Shown: positions 54,445 to 62,582 of the stretch, in pieces
How the letters are laid out: each line of letters opens with the position of its first letter
Numbering within the stretch: position 1 is the stretch's first letter
Origin: Thermoplasmata archaeon
GTDB lineage: Archaea; Thermoplasmatota; Thermoplasmata; Lutacidiplasmatales; UBA184
Direction of reading: 5' to 3'
Length of the DNA stretch: 63,052 nucleotides
Assembly: GCA_030037815.1 (NCBI GenBank)
Contig: JASHPZ010000062.1
Span: 1 to 63,052 of the forward strand
The notes under the pieces: model-generated
Told to the model about the DNA's origin: nothing
The model's database searches: none
Seen by the model: the letters and a program-made list of their open reading frames with translations, nothing else
Made by a program: the position numbers and the translations under genes

Positions 54445-55188
54445 ATGTCGGAGGCTCCGCGCCGCCCGTTCCGGCCGGTGCTGCTGATCGACCTCGACGA
54501 CACGCTGTTCGACCACACCGGCACGTCGCGCGACGCGCTCGTACGGCTACGGGACGAGACGCCGTGGATGCGCGCCCTCTCCGTCGAACAGATCCAGCGC
54601 CGGTACTCGGAACTCCTCGAGGCGGCCCACGAACAGGTCGTGCGCGGGCTCGTCTCGGTCGACGAAGCCCGGCTCGAGCGCTTCCGCGGGATCGGGGAGT
54701 TGGTGGGGCACTCGGTCGACCGGGCCGAGGGCGCCGGGTTGGTCGAACGGTATCAGGGGCTCTATCGCGAACGTCGTCGGGCGATCCCCGGCGCGACCGC
54801 GCTGTTGCGCCACCTTCACGGGCGGGTGCCGGTCGCGATCGTGACGAACAATCGCACCGCGGAGCAGGAAGAGAAGCTCGCCGTGCTCGGGCTCGCGGAC
54901 TACGTGGACGCGCTGATCATCTCGGAGTCGGTCGGCGTGTCGAAACCGGACCCCGCGATCTTCCGGATCGCCCTCGAGGCGGTGGACGCGGCTCCGCGCG
55001 AGGCCGTGATGGTCGGCGACTCCTGGGCGAGCGACGTCCTCGGCGCCCGGGCGTCGGGGATCCGGGCGGTCTGGTTCAACCGGTTCCGGGCGCCGAGGCC
55101 GCCGGGGGATCGCTCGATCTCCGTGGCCGAACTGACGTCGCTCGAGCCGGCGACCGCCGTCGAGGCGATGCTCCCGCGTCCCGAGTGA
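54445..55188 (+). CDS. HAD-IA family hydrolase
   Basis: Motifs LLIDLDDTLFD, VTNN, SKPDP and VGDSWASD. Confidence 0.8.
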   Translation: MSEAPRRPFRPVLLIDLDDTLFDHTGTSRDALVRLRDETPWMRALSVEQIQRRYSELLEAAHEQVVRGLVSVDEARLERFRGIGELVGHSVDRAEGAGLVERYQGLYRERRRAIPGATALLRHLHGRVPVAIVTNNRTAEQEEKLAVLGLADYVDALIISESVGVSKPDPAIFRIALEAVDAAPREAVMVGDSWASDVLGARASGIRAVWFNRFRAPRPPGDRSISVAELTSLEPATAVEAMLPRPE

Positions 55189-55217
55189 GCGGAACGCGAC
55201 CGCGGCCGCGCCGTCCG

Positions 55218-55226
55218 CATTATATC
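55218..55226 (+). promoter_or_regulatory. TATA-like element (CATTATATC) upstream of the M20 amidohydrolase gene
   Basis: Centred about 28 nt upstream of the ATG at 55250, consistent with a leaderless transcript. Confidence 0.4.
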
Positions 55227-55249
55227 GCGACCGCCGTTCCCCCGGGGCG

Positions 55250-56446
55250 ATGCGGGACACGCCCGAGGCGTGGACGCCCGCGGCCCGCAGCGTCCTGCCC
55301 GCGATGCGCGCGTGGCGGATGGCGATCCACCGCGAGCCCGAGCTGTCGACCGAGGAGTTCCGGACCCAGGAGAAGGTGGTCGCGGCGCTCCGCGACCTCG
55401 GGATTCCGTACCGGACTCCGCCCCGGTCGACGGCGGTGATCGGGCTCGTCGGCGGCGACCGACCGGGGCCGGTCGTCGCGCTGCGGGCGGACCTGGATGC
55501 GCTCCCGGTCACCGAAGCGACCGGGCTCTCGTTCGCGTCCCGCACGCCCGGCCGGATGCACGCGTGCGGCCACGACGTCCACACGGCGTGCCTGCTCGGC
55601 GCCGCCGCGGTCCTCGTCCGGAACGAACGCGCGCTCGGCGGACCGGTGAAGCTCTTGTTCCAGCCCGCCGAGGAGGAGGGGTCGACCGGCGGCGCGCTCC
55701 CGCTGATCGCGGCGGGCTGCCTCGAGCGCCCCACGGTCGACTACGTCGTCGGGCAGCACGTCGACCCGAGCATCCCGCTCGGCCAGGTCGGCTGGCGGGA
55801 AGGCGCGGCGATGGCGGCGGCGGACTTCTTCCGCATCACCGTGCGCGGGCGCGGCGGCCACGCGTCCACGCCGCACCAGGGGCCGGACGCGATCCTCGTC
55901 GCGAGCGAGGTCGTGGTCGGGCTGCAGGCCCTCGTCAGCCGCGTCCGGGAGCCGTTCGACCCCGTCGTCGTCAGCGTCGGGTCCGTCCACGGGGGGACGC
56001 GCAACAACATCCTGCCGGACGAAGTCGTGCTCGAGGGGACCGTCCGTACGCTGAAGCCCGAGACCCGCAAGCAGATGGAATCGGTGCTCAAGCGCCGGGT
56101 GCGGTCGATCGTCGCAAGCCTGGGCGCGCGCGTCGCGATCCAGTACGTCCACGGCTACCCGTCGCTCCACAACGATCCGAAATCGACCCGCGTGGTCGCG
56201 GACGCGCTCGCGGTCGAGCTGGGACGCGCGAACGTCACCGCGGTCGACCACGCCGTGATGGGCGCCGAGGACTTCTCGCGGTACCTCGAACGCGTCCCGG
56301 GCACGTTCCTTCGGCTGGGGGTCGGCGTACCGGGCCGCCCGGCGAGCCTACACAGCGCGACGTTCGCGCCCGACGAGCGCGCGCTCGTGATCGGGGCCGC
56401 CACGCTGGCCGCCGCGGCGGTGGCCCTCCAGCGGGGCCGGCCGTGA
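55250..56446 (+). CDS. M20D-family amidohydrolase (N-acyl-L-amino acid amidohydrolase / hippurate hydrolase-like)
   Basis: Motifs HREPELS, LRADLDALP, MHACGHDVH and FQPAEE. 398 aa. Confidence 0.85.
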   Translation: MRDTPEAWTPAARSVLPAMRAWRMAIHREPELSTEEFRTQEKVVAALRDLGIPYRTPPRSTAVIGLVGGDRPGPVVALRADLDALPVTEATGLSFASRTPGRMHACGHDVHTACLLGAAAVLVRNERALGGPVKLLFQPAEEEGSTGGALPLIAAGCLERPTVDYVVGQHVDPSIPLGQVGWREGAAMAAADFFRITVRGRGGHASTPHQGPDAILVASEVVVGLQALVSRVREPFDPVVVSVGSVHGGTRNNILPDEVVLEGTVRTLKPETRKQMESVLKRRVRSIVASLGARVAIQYVHGYPSLHNDPKSTRVVADALAVELGRANVTAVDHAVMGAEDFSRYLERVPGTFLRLGVGVPGRPASLHSATFAPDERALVIGAATLAAAAVALQRGRP

Positions 56447-57810
56447 ACGCGGAGAGCCTCCGCCGCGACTTTCCGGCCCTCGAGCCCGCGCCCGGCCGCT
56501 CCGCGCCCGTCTACCTCGACTCGGCCTGCATGTCGCTCGTCCCGCGCACCGTCCTGGACGCGATGGAGGAGTACTACACCCAGTACCCGGGGTGCGCGGG
56601 CCGCTCCCTCCACCGGTTCGCGGAGGAGGTCGGGCGGCGGTTCGAGGAGAGCCGCCACGCGTTCGCGCGGTTCCTCGGGCGCGCCGACCCGCGGGGCGTC
56701 GTCTTCGTGCGGAACTCGACCGAAGCGTTGAACCTCGTCGGGCAGGGGCTCGCGTGGAAACGGGGCGACCGCGTTCTGATCTCGGACCGCGAGCACAATT
56801 CGAACCTGGTGCTCTGGCAACGGCTCGCCGCGGAGCGGGGGATCCGGATCGAGATCCTGGAGCTGCCGGACAACGGGACGTGGGACGGGGACGCGCTCGA
56901 GACGGCGCTCGGCCGCGGCGTCCGCCTCGTCAGCCTGTTCCACACCTCCAACCTCGACGGACGGACACTTCCCGTGCGCGAGGTCGCGGAGCGCGCGCAC
57001 GACCGCGGCGCGCGCGTCCTGATCGACGGGTGCCAGGCGGCCCCGCACCGCGCGGTCGACACCGACCGCCTCGGGGTCGACTTCTACGCCGTCTCGGCGC
57101 ACAAGATCCTCGGCCCGACCGGCACCGGCGTGCTCGCCGGGGCGCCCGACGCGATGGCCGAACTCCGGCCGCTCCTCCTGGGCGGCGAGACGGTTGAGTG
57201 GAGCACGCTCGAGGCGCACGAACTGCGACCGCCCCCGCACCGGTTCGAAGCCGGACTCCAGAACTACGCGGGGGTCCTCGGCGCGCGCGCCGGCATCGAG
57301 TACCTCCAAAGGGTCGGGTTCGAGACGGTGGACGCGCAGCAACTGCGCGTCAACCGCCGGGTGACCGAGGGGCTCCGCGACCTCGACCGGGTCCACGTCC
57401 TCGGCGCCGACGACCCGCGCGAACGGTCGTCGATCTTCGCGTTCACGGTGGACGGCGTCGACCCGAACGACGTCGCGGTGTTCCTGGACGAGGGCCACGG
57501 CGTGATGGTCCGGTCCGGAATGCACTGCGTCCACTCGTTCTACGCGCGGCGCGGTCTCGCGGGGAACGCGCGCGCGTCGTTCTACTTCTACAACGACGAC
57601 GCCGACGCGGACGCCCTGGTCGCGGGGGTCCGCGAACTGGTCGCGCGGGTGCCGTTCAGCGGTACATCGGCGGGGAGGGCGGCGTCGCCGACTCGCCCCG
57701 CGTCCGGTCCGCGGCGTGGCGCTGGATCGACAGGAGCTGCTGCTCGATCCGCTCGGCCTCGGCGTAGAGCGGCACGGGGTCGAGGGGCGTCCGCAACAGG
57801 ATCCGGTTGA
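56443..57810 (+). CDS. Cysteine desulfurase (class V aminotransferase, SufS/CsdA-like)
   Basis: The GTG overlaps the upstream TGA (GTGA). The PLP lysine context is AVSAHKILGPTG and the catalytic Cys context is VRSGMHC. The Arg/Ala/Gly-rich C-terminal ~50 aa overlap the convergent gene. Confidence 0.85.
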   Translation: MNAESLRRDFPALEPAPGRSAPVYLDSACMSLVPRTVLDAMEEYYTQYPGCAGRSLHRFAEEVGRRFEESRHAFARFLGRADPRGVVFVRNSTEALNLVGQGLAWKRGDRVLISDREHNSNLVLWQRLAAERGIRIEILELPDNGTWDGDALETALGRGVRLVSLFHTSNLDGRTLPVREVAERAHDRGARVLIDGCQAAPHRAVDTDRLGVDFYAVSAHKILGPTGTGVLAGAPDAMAELRPLLLGGETVEWSTLEAHELRPPPHRFEAGLQNYAGVLGARAGIEYLQRVGFETVDAQQLRVNRRVTEGLRDLDRVHVLGADDPRERSSIFAFTVDGVDPNDVAVFLDEGHGVMVRSGMHCVHSFYARRGLAGNARASFYFYNDDADADALVAGVRELVARVPFSGTSAGRAASPTRPASGPRRGAGSTGAAARSARPRRRAARGRGASATGSG

Positions 57811-58471
57811 TCGTCTCGATCACCTTCGCCGCGGCGCGCGCGTCCGGGTAGTCGGCCTGCGCTTCGGCGAGGAACGTCAGCACGTCGAACCCGCGCCGCC
57901 GGCCCTCGTTGAGCAGGACGCCCGCGATCCCGGTGATCACGCCTTCCGCGAACGGGATCATGTTCGGCTCGACGTAGAGGTCGCGGGCGCGCCGCGTGCT
58001 CGCGACGCCGTAGACCTTCACGTCGTTGAGCCGCGGCGCGCGGGACGGCTTTCCGCCCGGCGCGGCCCCCTCGACCACGAGCCCTTCCGGGGAGACGAGG
58101 AGCGAACAGCGCTGTTCCTGGACCCAGTCGATGATCGTGTTGGCGAGCGGGTGGATGATCGCGGGGGCGGGATGGAACTCGCTCACGAACGCCACGATCT
58201 TGTCGGCCCCCCGCCCGGCGCGGTCCGCCGGGGGTCGGCCAGCGTAGATACGGACCGGATGCTGCGGGTTGCCGTTCCGAACGAGGGAGACGGTCGGGAA
58301 CGCCGGCGACTCGACGATGCCGATCTGTTCCATCTCGAGAGTGTCGATCAGGTAGTTCGCGACGATCGAGCTGACGAGGCCGACCGACGGAAAGCCGTCG
58401 ATGACGAGGGCCCCCTCGACGTCGACCCGCTTGATCTCGTAGATCCGGACCTGGTCCGGTGCCATCGGCAT
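57656..58471 (-). CDS. Proteasome assembly chaperone family protein (PAC2/PbaA-like)
   Basis: The layout ALVIDGFPSVGLVSSIVANYLI...GVITGIAGVLL is typical of the archaeal PAC2 family. 271 aa. Confidence 0.65.
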   Translation of the reverse strand: MPMAPDQVRIYEIKRVDVEGALVIDGFPSVGLVSSIVANYLIDTLEMEQIGIVESPAFPTVSLVRNGNPQHPVRIYAGRPPADRAGRGADKIVAFVSEFHPAPAIIHPLANTIIDWVQEQRCSLLVSPEGLVVEGAAPGGKPSRAPRLNDVKVYGVASTRRARDLYVEPNMIPFAEGVITGIAGVLLNEGRRRGFDVLTFLAEAQADYPDARAAAKVIETINRILLRTPLDPVPLYAEAERIEQQLLSIQRHAADRTRGESATPPSPPMYR

Positions 58472-58831
58472 CTAGAGCGACCTCTCGACGATCTGCCCGA
58501 GCTCCTTCGAGATCAGGTCGACCAGGTTCTTCGTGAGCGCGGTCCGGACCTCGGGCGGGAGCGCGGAGAGTCCGAGGCGCGCCGTGGTGGTGCCGACGCG
58601 CACGAGCGCCGCGTACTCCATCGCGCGGGCGTGCAGGAGTTCGCGGACGGCCTCCTTCAGGTCGGCCTCGAGCTGGGGGTCGTCGTGGAGCGTCTTCTCG
58701 AGGTGGCGCCGGATCTCGTCCTTGACGATGTCGCGGGTCGCTTCGCGGACGAGCTCCTCGGGGCGGAGGAGATCGCGCGAGCTCTTCACCAGCACGTCGA
58801 TCGGCTCGCCGGACGAAGGCTCGCCCGCCAT
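58472..58831 (-). CDS. Hypothetical helical protein
   Basis: ATG at 58831. 119 aa, charged and helical. It is directly contiguous with the PAC2-family gene. The track ORF upstream of 58831 runs across tRNA-Ala and is rejected. Confidence 0.45.
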   Translation of the reverse strand: MAGEPSSGEPIDVLVKSSRDLLRPEELVREATRDIVKDEIRRHLEKTLHDDPQLEADLKEAVRELLHARAMEYAALVRVGTTTARLGLSALPPEVRTALTKNLVDLISKELGQIVERSL

Positions 58832-58918
58832 GCGGCGGCCGAGCCGGACCCGGCGCTTAAGCGTTTGTCCGGAGGCGCGCGCCGCTCCGCCGGAAAACCG
58901 CCCCGTTTCCGGCGAAGA

Positions 58919-58927
58919 GGTTAAACT
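58919..58927 (+). promoter_or_regulatory. TATA-like element (GGTTAAACT) upstream of tRNA-Ala
   Basis: Lies 25-33 nt upstream of the tRNA 5' end at 58952. Confidence 0.4.
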
Positions 58928-58951
58928 GCCGGCCGCCTCGGCGGCGGAAGT

Positions 58952-59056
58952 GGGCCGGTAGATCAGCGGAAGATCGCTACCTTGGCAAGGTAGAGGTCGC
59001 GAGTTCAAAGGGGTCGGAGGCGCCGGCCTCCGGTCCGGAAGTTCTCGCCCGGTCCA
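58952..59056 (+). tRNA. tRNA-Ala (anticodon GGC) with a 33-nt intron in the T-loop
   Basis: Read: GGGCCGG, TA, GATC-AGCGGAA-GATC, G, CTACC-TTGGCAA-GGTAG, AGGTC, GCGAG-TTCAAA[33 nt]T-CTCGC, CCGGTCC, A73. All stems pair, and the acceptor stem contains the G3:U70 alanine identity pair. The fold was done by hand only. Confidence 0.8.
59010..59042 (+). other. Putative tRNA-Ala intron (T-loop, between positions 59 and 60)
   Basis: GGGGTCGGAGGCGCCGGCCTCCGGTCCGGAAGT. Removing it restores a TTCAAAT loop. The intron forms a long hairpin (GGGTCGGAGGC-GCCG-GCCTCCGGTCC). T54-T55-C56 can pair with GAA near the intron 3' end, which leaves bulges (AAA and GTT). Confidence 0.6.
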
Positions 59057-59125
59057 CCTACCGTCCGCGCCGCGGACGGGGTCCGTCGGCACATGTCGAA
59101 GGTACCCACCGACACCAAGAGCATC

Positions 59126-59134
59126 GATTTATAC
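59126..59134 (+). promoter_or_regulatory. TATA-like element (GATTTATAC) upstream of the HTH regulator gene
   Basis: Centred about 27 nt upstream of the GTG at 59157. This supports that start and a leaderless mRNA. Confidence 0.4.
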
Positions 59135-59156
59135 CGGCCCGTCGGTCCGGCGCGTC

Positions 59157-59834
59157 GTGGAGGCCGAGATCCGCGAGAAGATCGCGGGCGAGGTCGTCCT
59201 CTCTCCGCATCCGGGGCGTACGCTTCGGAAGTGGCGCGAGGACTTCGGGATCTCGCAGCGCGACCTGGCGAAGCACCTCGCCACGGTGCCGTCGGTGATC
59301 TCCGACTACGAGAGCGAGCGCCGCGTCAGCCCCGGCGCCGGGTTCATCCGGCGGTACGTGGACGGACTGCTCGCGCTCGATGCCGAGCATGGCGGCCCGG
59401 TCGTGCAGCGGTTCGGGCTCCGGCCGCACTCCGAAGGGATCCTCGGCATGCGGGAGTTCGCGGTCGCCATCCCGCTGAAATCGCTGGCCGACCAGCTCGA
59501 CGCGCGCGCGGTGAGCCGGGTCGACCTCCATCGGGACATCCACGGGTTCACCGTCCTGGACGCCCCGCGCGCGATCCTCTCGATCGACGCGTCGCGGTTC
59601 GTCGAGGTGTACGGCTGGACGACCCAGCGCGCCCTCATCTTCTCGAACGTGAAGTACGGCCGCTCCCCGATGGTCGCGATCCGCGCGCATCCCTTGAAGC
59701 CGGCCGCGGTCGTCTTCTCGAACCCCGGGCGCATCGACCCGCTCGCGGTGCGCCTGAGCGAGGTCGAGAACATCCCGCTCCTCTCCACGGCGCTCGCCGC
59801 GCCGGCCGTTCTCGAACGGCTCGAGGAGCTCTAA
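59157..59834 (+). CDS. XRE/Cro-C1-type HTH transcriptional regulator with a C-terminal archaeal domain
   Basis: The HTH region is [34 protein letters not shown]. 225 aa. Located directly upstream of the HMG-CoA synthase operon. Confidence 0.75.
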   Translation: MEAEIREKIAGEVVLSPHPGRTLRKWREDFGISQRDLAKHLATVPSVISDYESERRVSPGAGFIRRYVDGLLALDAEHGGPVVQRFGLRPHSEGILGMREFAVAIPLKSLADQLDARAVSRVDLHRDIHGFTVLDAPRAILSIDASRFVEVYGWTTQRALIFSNVKYGRSPMVAIRAHPLKPAAVVFSNPGRIDPLAVRLSEVENIPLLSTALAAPAVLERLEEL

Positions 59835-59854
59835 CGGAGTCGAACAGGAAGAGC

Positions 59855-60907
59855 ATGCAAGCAGGCATCGTGAGCTACGGAGCGTACGTCCCGCGGTATC
59901 GGATCACGCCCACCGAGATCGGGCGCGTCTGGGGCGCGGACGGCGAGGGGATGGGGCAGGGCCTGAACGTCCACCGGAAGAGCGTGCCGGCCCCGGACGA
60001 GGACACGATCACGATCTCGACGGAGGCGCTCCGGACGGCGCTGATCCGCGGCGCGATCGACCCGCAGACGATCGGCGCGGTCTACGTCGGCTCGGAGTCG
60101 CACCCCTACGCGGTCAAGCCGACCGCGACCGTGGTCGCGCAGGCCGTCGGGGCGACCCCGAACCTCACCGCCGCTGACTTCGAGTTCGCGTGCAAGGCCG
60201 GGACGGCGGCGATCCAGACGTGCCTCGGCCTCGTCGGGGCCGAGATGATACGGTACGGGGTCGCGATCGGCACCGACACGTCCCAGGGCGCCCCCGGGGA
60301 CGCGCTCGAGTACTCGGCGAGCGCGGGCGGCGCCGCGTTCGTGGTCGGCCGCGAGCACGTCATCTGCCGAGTCCACCGGACGCTCTCCTACACCACCGAC
60401 ACGCCGGATTTCTGGCGCCGCGAGGGCCAGAAGTACCCGAGCCACTCCGGGCGGTTCACGGGGGAGCCCGCGTACTTCCGGCACGTGACCGAGTGCGCCC
60501 ACAAGATCATGGAGGCGTCCGGGACGACTCCGAAGGAGTACCGGCACGTCGTCTTCCACCAGCCGAACGGGAAGTTCCCGCAGCGCGTGGGAAAGCAGCT
60601 CGGGTTCACGGACGAGCAGATGCGCTACGGGCTCGTGACGCCGTACATCGGGAACACCTACTCCGGAGCGGCGCTGATCGGCCTCGCGAACGTCCTCGAC
60701 CACGCCGGGCCGAACGAGCGGATCCTGGTCGTCGGCTACGGTTCGGGCGCGGGCTCGGACGCCTTCGACCTCGAGACGACCGACGCGCTCGCCCAGTTCG
60801 ACCGGTCCCACGGCCGCCCCGTGCAGTCGTACCTCGACCAGGGCGTCGAAATCCCCTACGCCGTCTACGCGAAATTCCGCGGCAAGATCCACATGGGAGG
60901 GAGCTAG
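59855..60907 (+). CDS. Hydroxymethylglutaryl-CoA synthase (archaeal type)
   Basis: [17 protein letters not shown]..., the catalytic Cys context [13 protein letters not shown], and HQPNGKFP. 350 aa. Confidence 0.88.
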   Translation: MQAGIVSYGAYVPRYRITPTEIGRVWGADGEGMGQGLNVHRKSVPAPDEDTITISTEALRTALIRGAIDPQTIGAVYVGSESHPYAVKPTATVVAQAVGATPNLTAADFEFACKAGTAAIQTCLGLVGAEMIRYGVAIGTDTSQGAPGDALEYSASAGGAAFVVGREHVICRVHRTLSYTTDTPDFWRREGQKYPSHSGRFTGEPAYFRHVTECAHKIMEASGTTPKEYRHVVFHQPNGKFPQRVGKQLGFTDEQMRYGLVTPYIGNTYSGAALIGLANVLDHAGPNERILVVGYGSGAGSDAFDLETTDALAQFDRSHGRPVQSYLDQGVEIPYAVYAKFRGKIHMGGS

Positions 60908-60909
60908 GG

Positions 60910-62079
60910 ATGCGGGAGGTCGGCATCCTGGGCGTCGGTCAGACGAAGTTCGGCGAATTGTGGGACCGTTCGTTCCGCGAGATCGGGATCGAGGCGGGGC
61001 TCGAGGCGCTCGTGGACGCGAAGCTCTCGTCGGCCGACCTGGAGGCGCTCTACCTCGGCAACATGGCCTCGGGGACGCTGATCAGCCAGGAGCACATCGC
61101 CCCGTTGATCCTCGACTACGCCGGGCTCGCCGGCCGCCACCTCCCGTCGATGCGGGTCGAGGGCGGAGGCGCCTCCGGCGCGCTCGCGCTCCACCAGGGG
61201 TACCTCGCGGTCGCGAGCGGGCTCTACGATTACGTCGTGGTCGGCGGGGCGGAGAAGCTGACGGACGTGCCGGACGCGACCGCGACCCAGATCACCGCCT
61301 CCACGGCCGACCACGAGTGGGAGGTCGTCTTCGGCGCGACCCTGCCGGCGCTGTGGGGCCTGATCGCGCGCCGCCACATGCACGACTACGGCACGACCCG
61401 CGAACAGATCGGCCAGGTCGCGGTGCAGGACCACGAGCACGGGTCGAAGAACCCGCTCGCGCACTACCGCAACAAGATCTCGCTCGCGCAGGTCCTCGAC
61501 GCGGGACCGATCGCGGAGCCGCTCGGCGTGCTCGACTGTGCGCCGTTCTCGGACGGCGCGGCCGCGGTCGTGCTCGGCCCGATGGAGGAGGCGCGCCGAC
61601 GCTCCGAGACGCCGATCCGGATCGCCGCGAGCCAGGTGGCGTGCGACTCGATGGCGCTCCAGCACCGCGCCGACCCGACGACGCTCGAGTCGACCAGCTC
61701 GGCCGCGCGCCGGGCGTTCCAGCAGGCGCGGCGGGCGCCGAAGGACGTCCAGGTCGCCGAGATCCACGACGCGTACACGATCGCGGCCCTCGTCTCGCTC
61801 GAGGACCTCGGGTTCGTCGAGAAGGGGAAGTCCGGTCCGGCGTTCGCCGCCGGTGAGTTCGCCCACGGCGGACGCGTGACGGTCAACCCGTCCGGCGGGC
61901 TCAAGGCCCAAGGGCGCCCGTTCGGCGCCGTCGGGGTCGCGCAGGTGGTCGAGCTGGTCCGGCAACTGCGCGGCGAGGCGAAGGAGCGGCAGGTGCCGAA
62001 CGCGACGGTCGGGCTGGCGCAGGACGTCGGCGGGACGGGGGCGACGTCGGTCGTCCACCTCCTGGAGCGCGCGAACTAG
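60910..62079 (+). CDS. Acetyl-CoA acetyltransferase (archaeal thiolase), copy 2
   Basis: MREVGILGVGQTKFGE... and NPSGGLKAQGRPFGAVG. It starts 3 nt after the HMGCS stop. Confidence 0.88.
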   Translation: MREVGILGVGQTKFGELWDRSFREIGIEAGLEALVDAKLSSADLEALYLGNMASGTLISQEHIAPLILDYAGLAGRHLPSMRVEGGGASGALALHQGYLAVASGLYDYVVVGGAEKLTDVPDATATQITASTADHEWEVVFGATLPALWGLIARRHMHDYGTTREQIGQVAVQDHEHGSKNPLAHYRNKISLAQVLDAGPIAEPLGVLDCAPFSDGAAAVVLGPMEEARRRSETPIRIAASQVACDSMALQHRADPTTLESTSSAARRAFQQARRAPKDVQVAEIHDAYTIAALVSLEDLGFVEKGKSGPAFAAGEFAHGGRVTVNPSGGLKAQGRPFGAVGVAQVVELVRQLRGEAKERQVPNATVGLAQDVGGTGATSVVHLLERAN

Positions 62080-62090
62080 GGGAGGGAACG

Positions 62091-62582
62091 ATGTCGGTCG
62101 CACGATTCTGGCGCGAGACGCCGCGGCGGTACAATCTCGGCGGGTCGAAGTGCTCGGTCTGCGGGACGATCTACTTCCCGCCGAGGGCCGTCTGCCCGCA
62201 GTGCACGCACCACCGGCAGTCGATCGAGAAGATGCTGCCGTTCCAGCTCTCCGGCGAGGGGGAGGTCCTCTCCTACACGATCGTCCACGAAGCCGCGGAA
62301 GGGTTCGAGATGCAGGTGCCGTACGCGCTCGCGCTCGTGAAGACGGTCGAAGGTCCGGTCCTCACGGGCCAGGTCGTCGACATCGACCCGGCGACCTTGC
62401 GCATCGGCCAGCGGGTCCACGCGACGTTCCGCAAGCTCCGCGAGGAGGGGAAGGCCGGCGTGATCCACTACGGCTACAAGTTCGCCCCCGTCGAGGACGC
62501 GGACCCGCGGCCGCCGCCACGAACTCCCGCGGCGACGGCCCCCGCGACCGACGGCGCCCCGGGGGACCGGGCGGCGGCGTGA
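62091..62582 (+). CDS. DUF35 OB-fold/zinc-ribbon protein (scaffold of the thiolase/HMGCS complex), copy 2
   Basis: The zinc ribbon is CSVCGTIYFPPRAVCPQC, followed by an OB-fold (VPYALALVKTVEGP). Confidence 0.85.
   Translation: MSVARFWRETPRRYNLGGSKCSVCGTIYFPPRAVCPQCTHHRQSIEKMLPFQLSGEGEVLSYTIVHEAAEGFEMQVPYALALVKTVEGPVLTGQVVDIDPATLRIGQRVHATFRKLREEGKAGVIHYGYKFAPVEDADPRPPPRTPAATAPATDGAPGDRAAA

Noticed and set aside
58832-59092. Upstream extension of minus-strand ORF 58472..59092, and ORF 59058..59690, across the tRNA-Ala region.
   Set aside because: These overlap a well-folding tRNA gene and the HTH regulator gene. The translations are Arg/Pro-rich, and a good ATG for the hypothetical protein exists at 58831.
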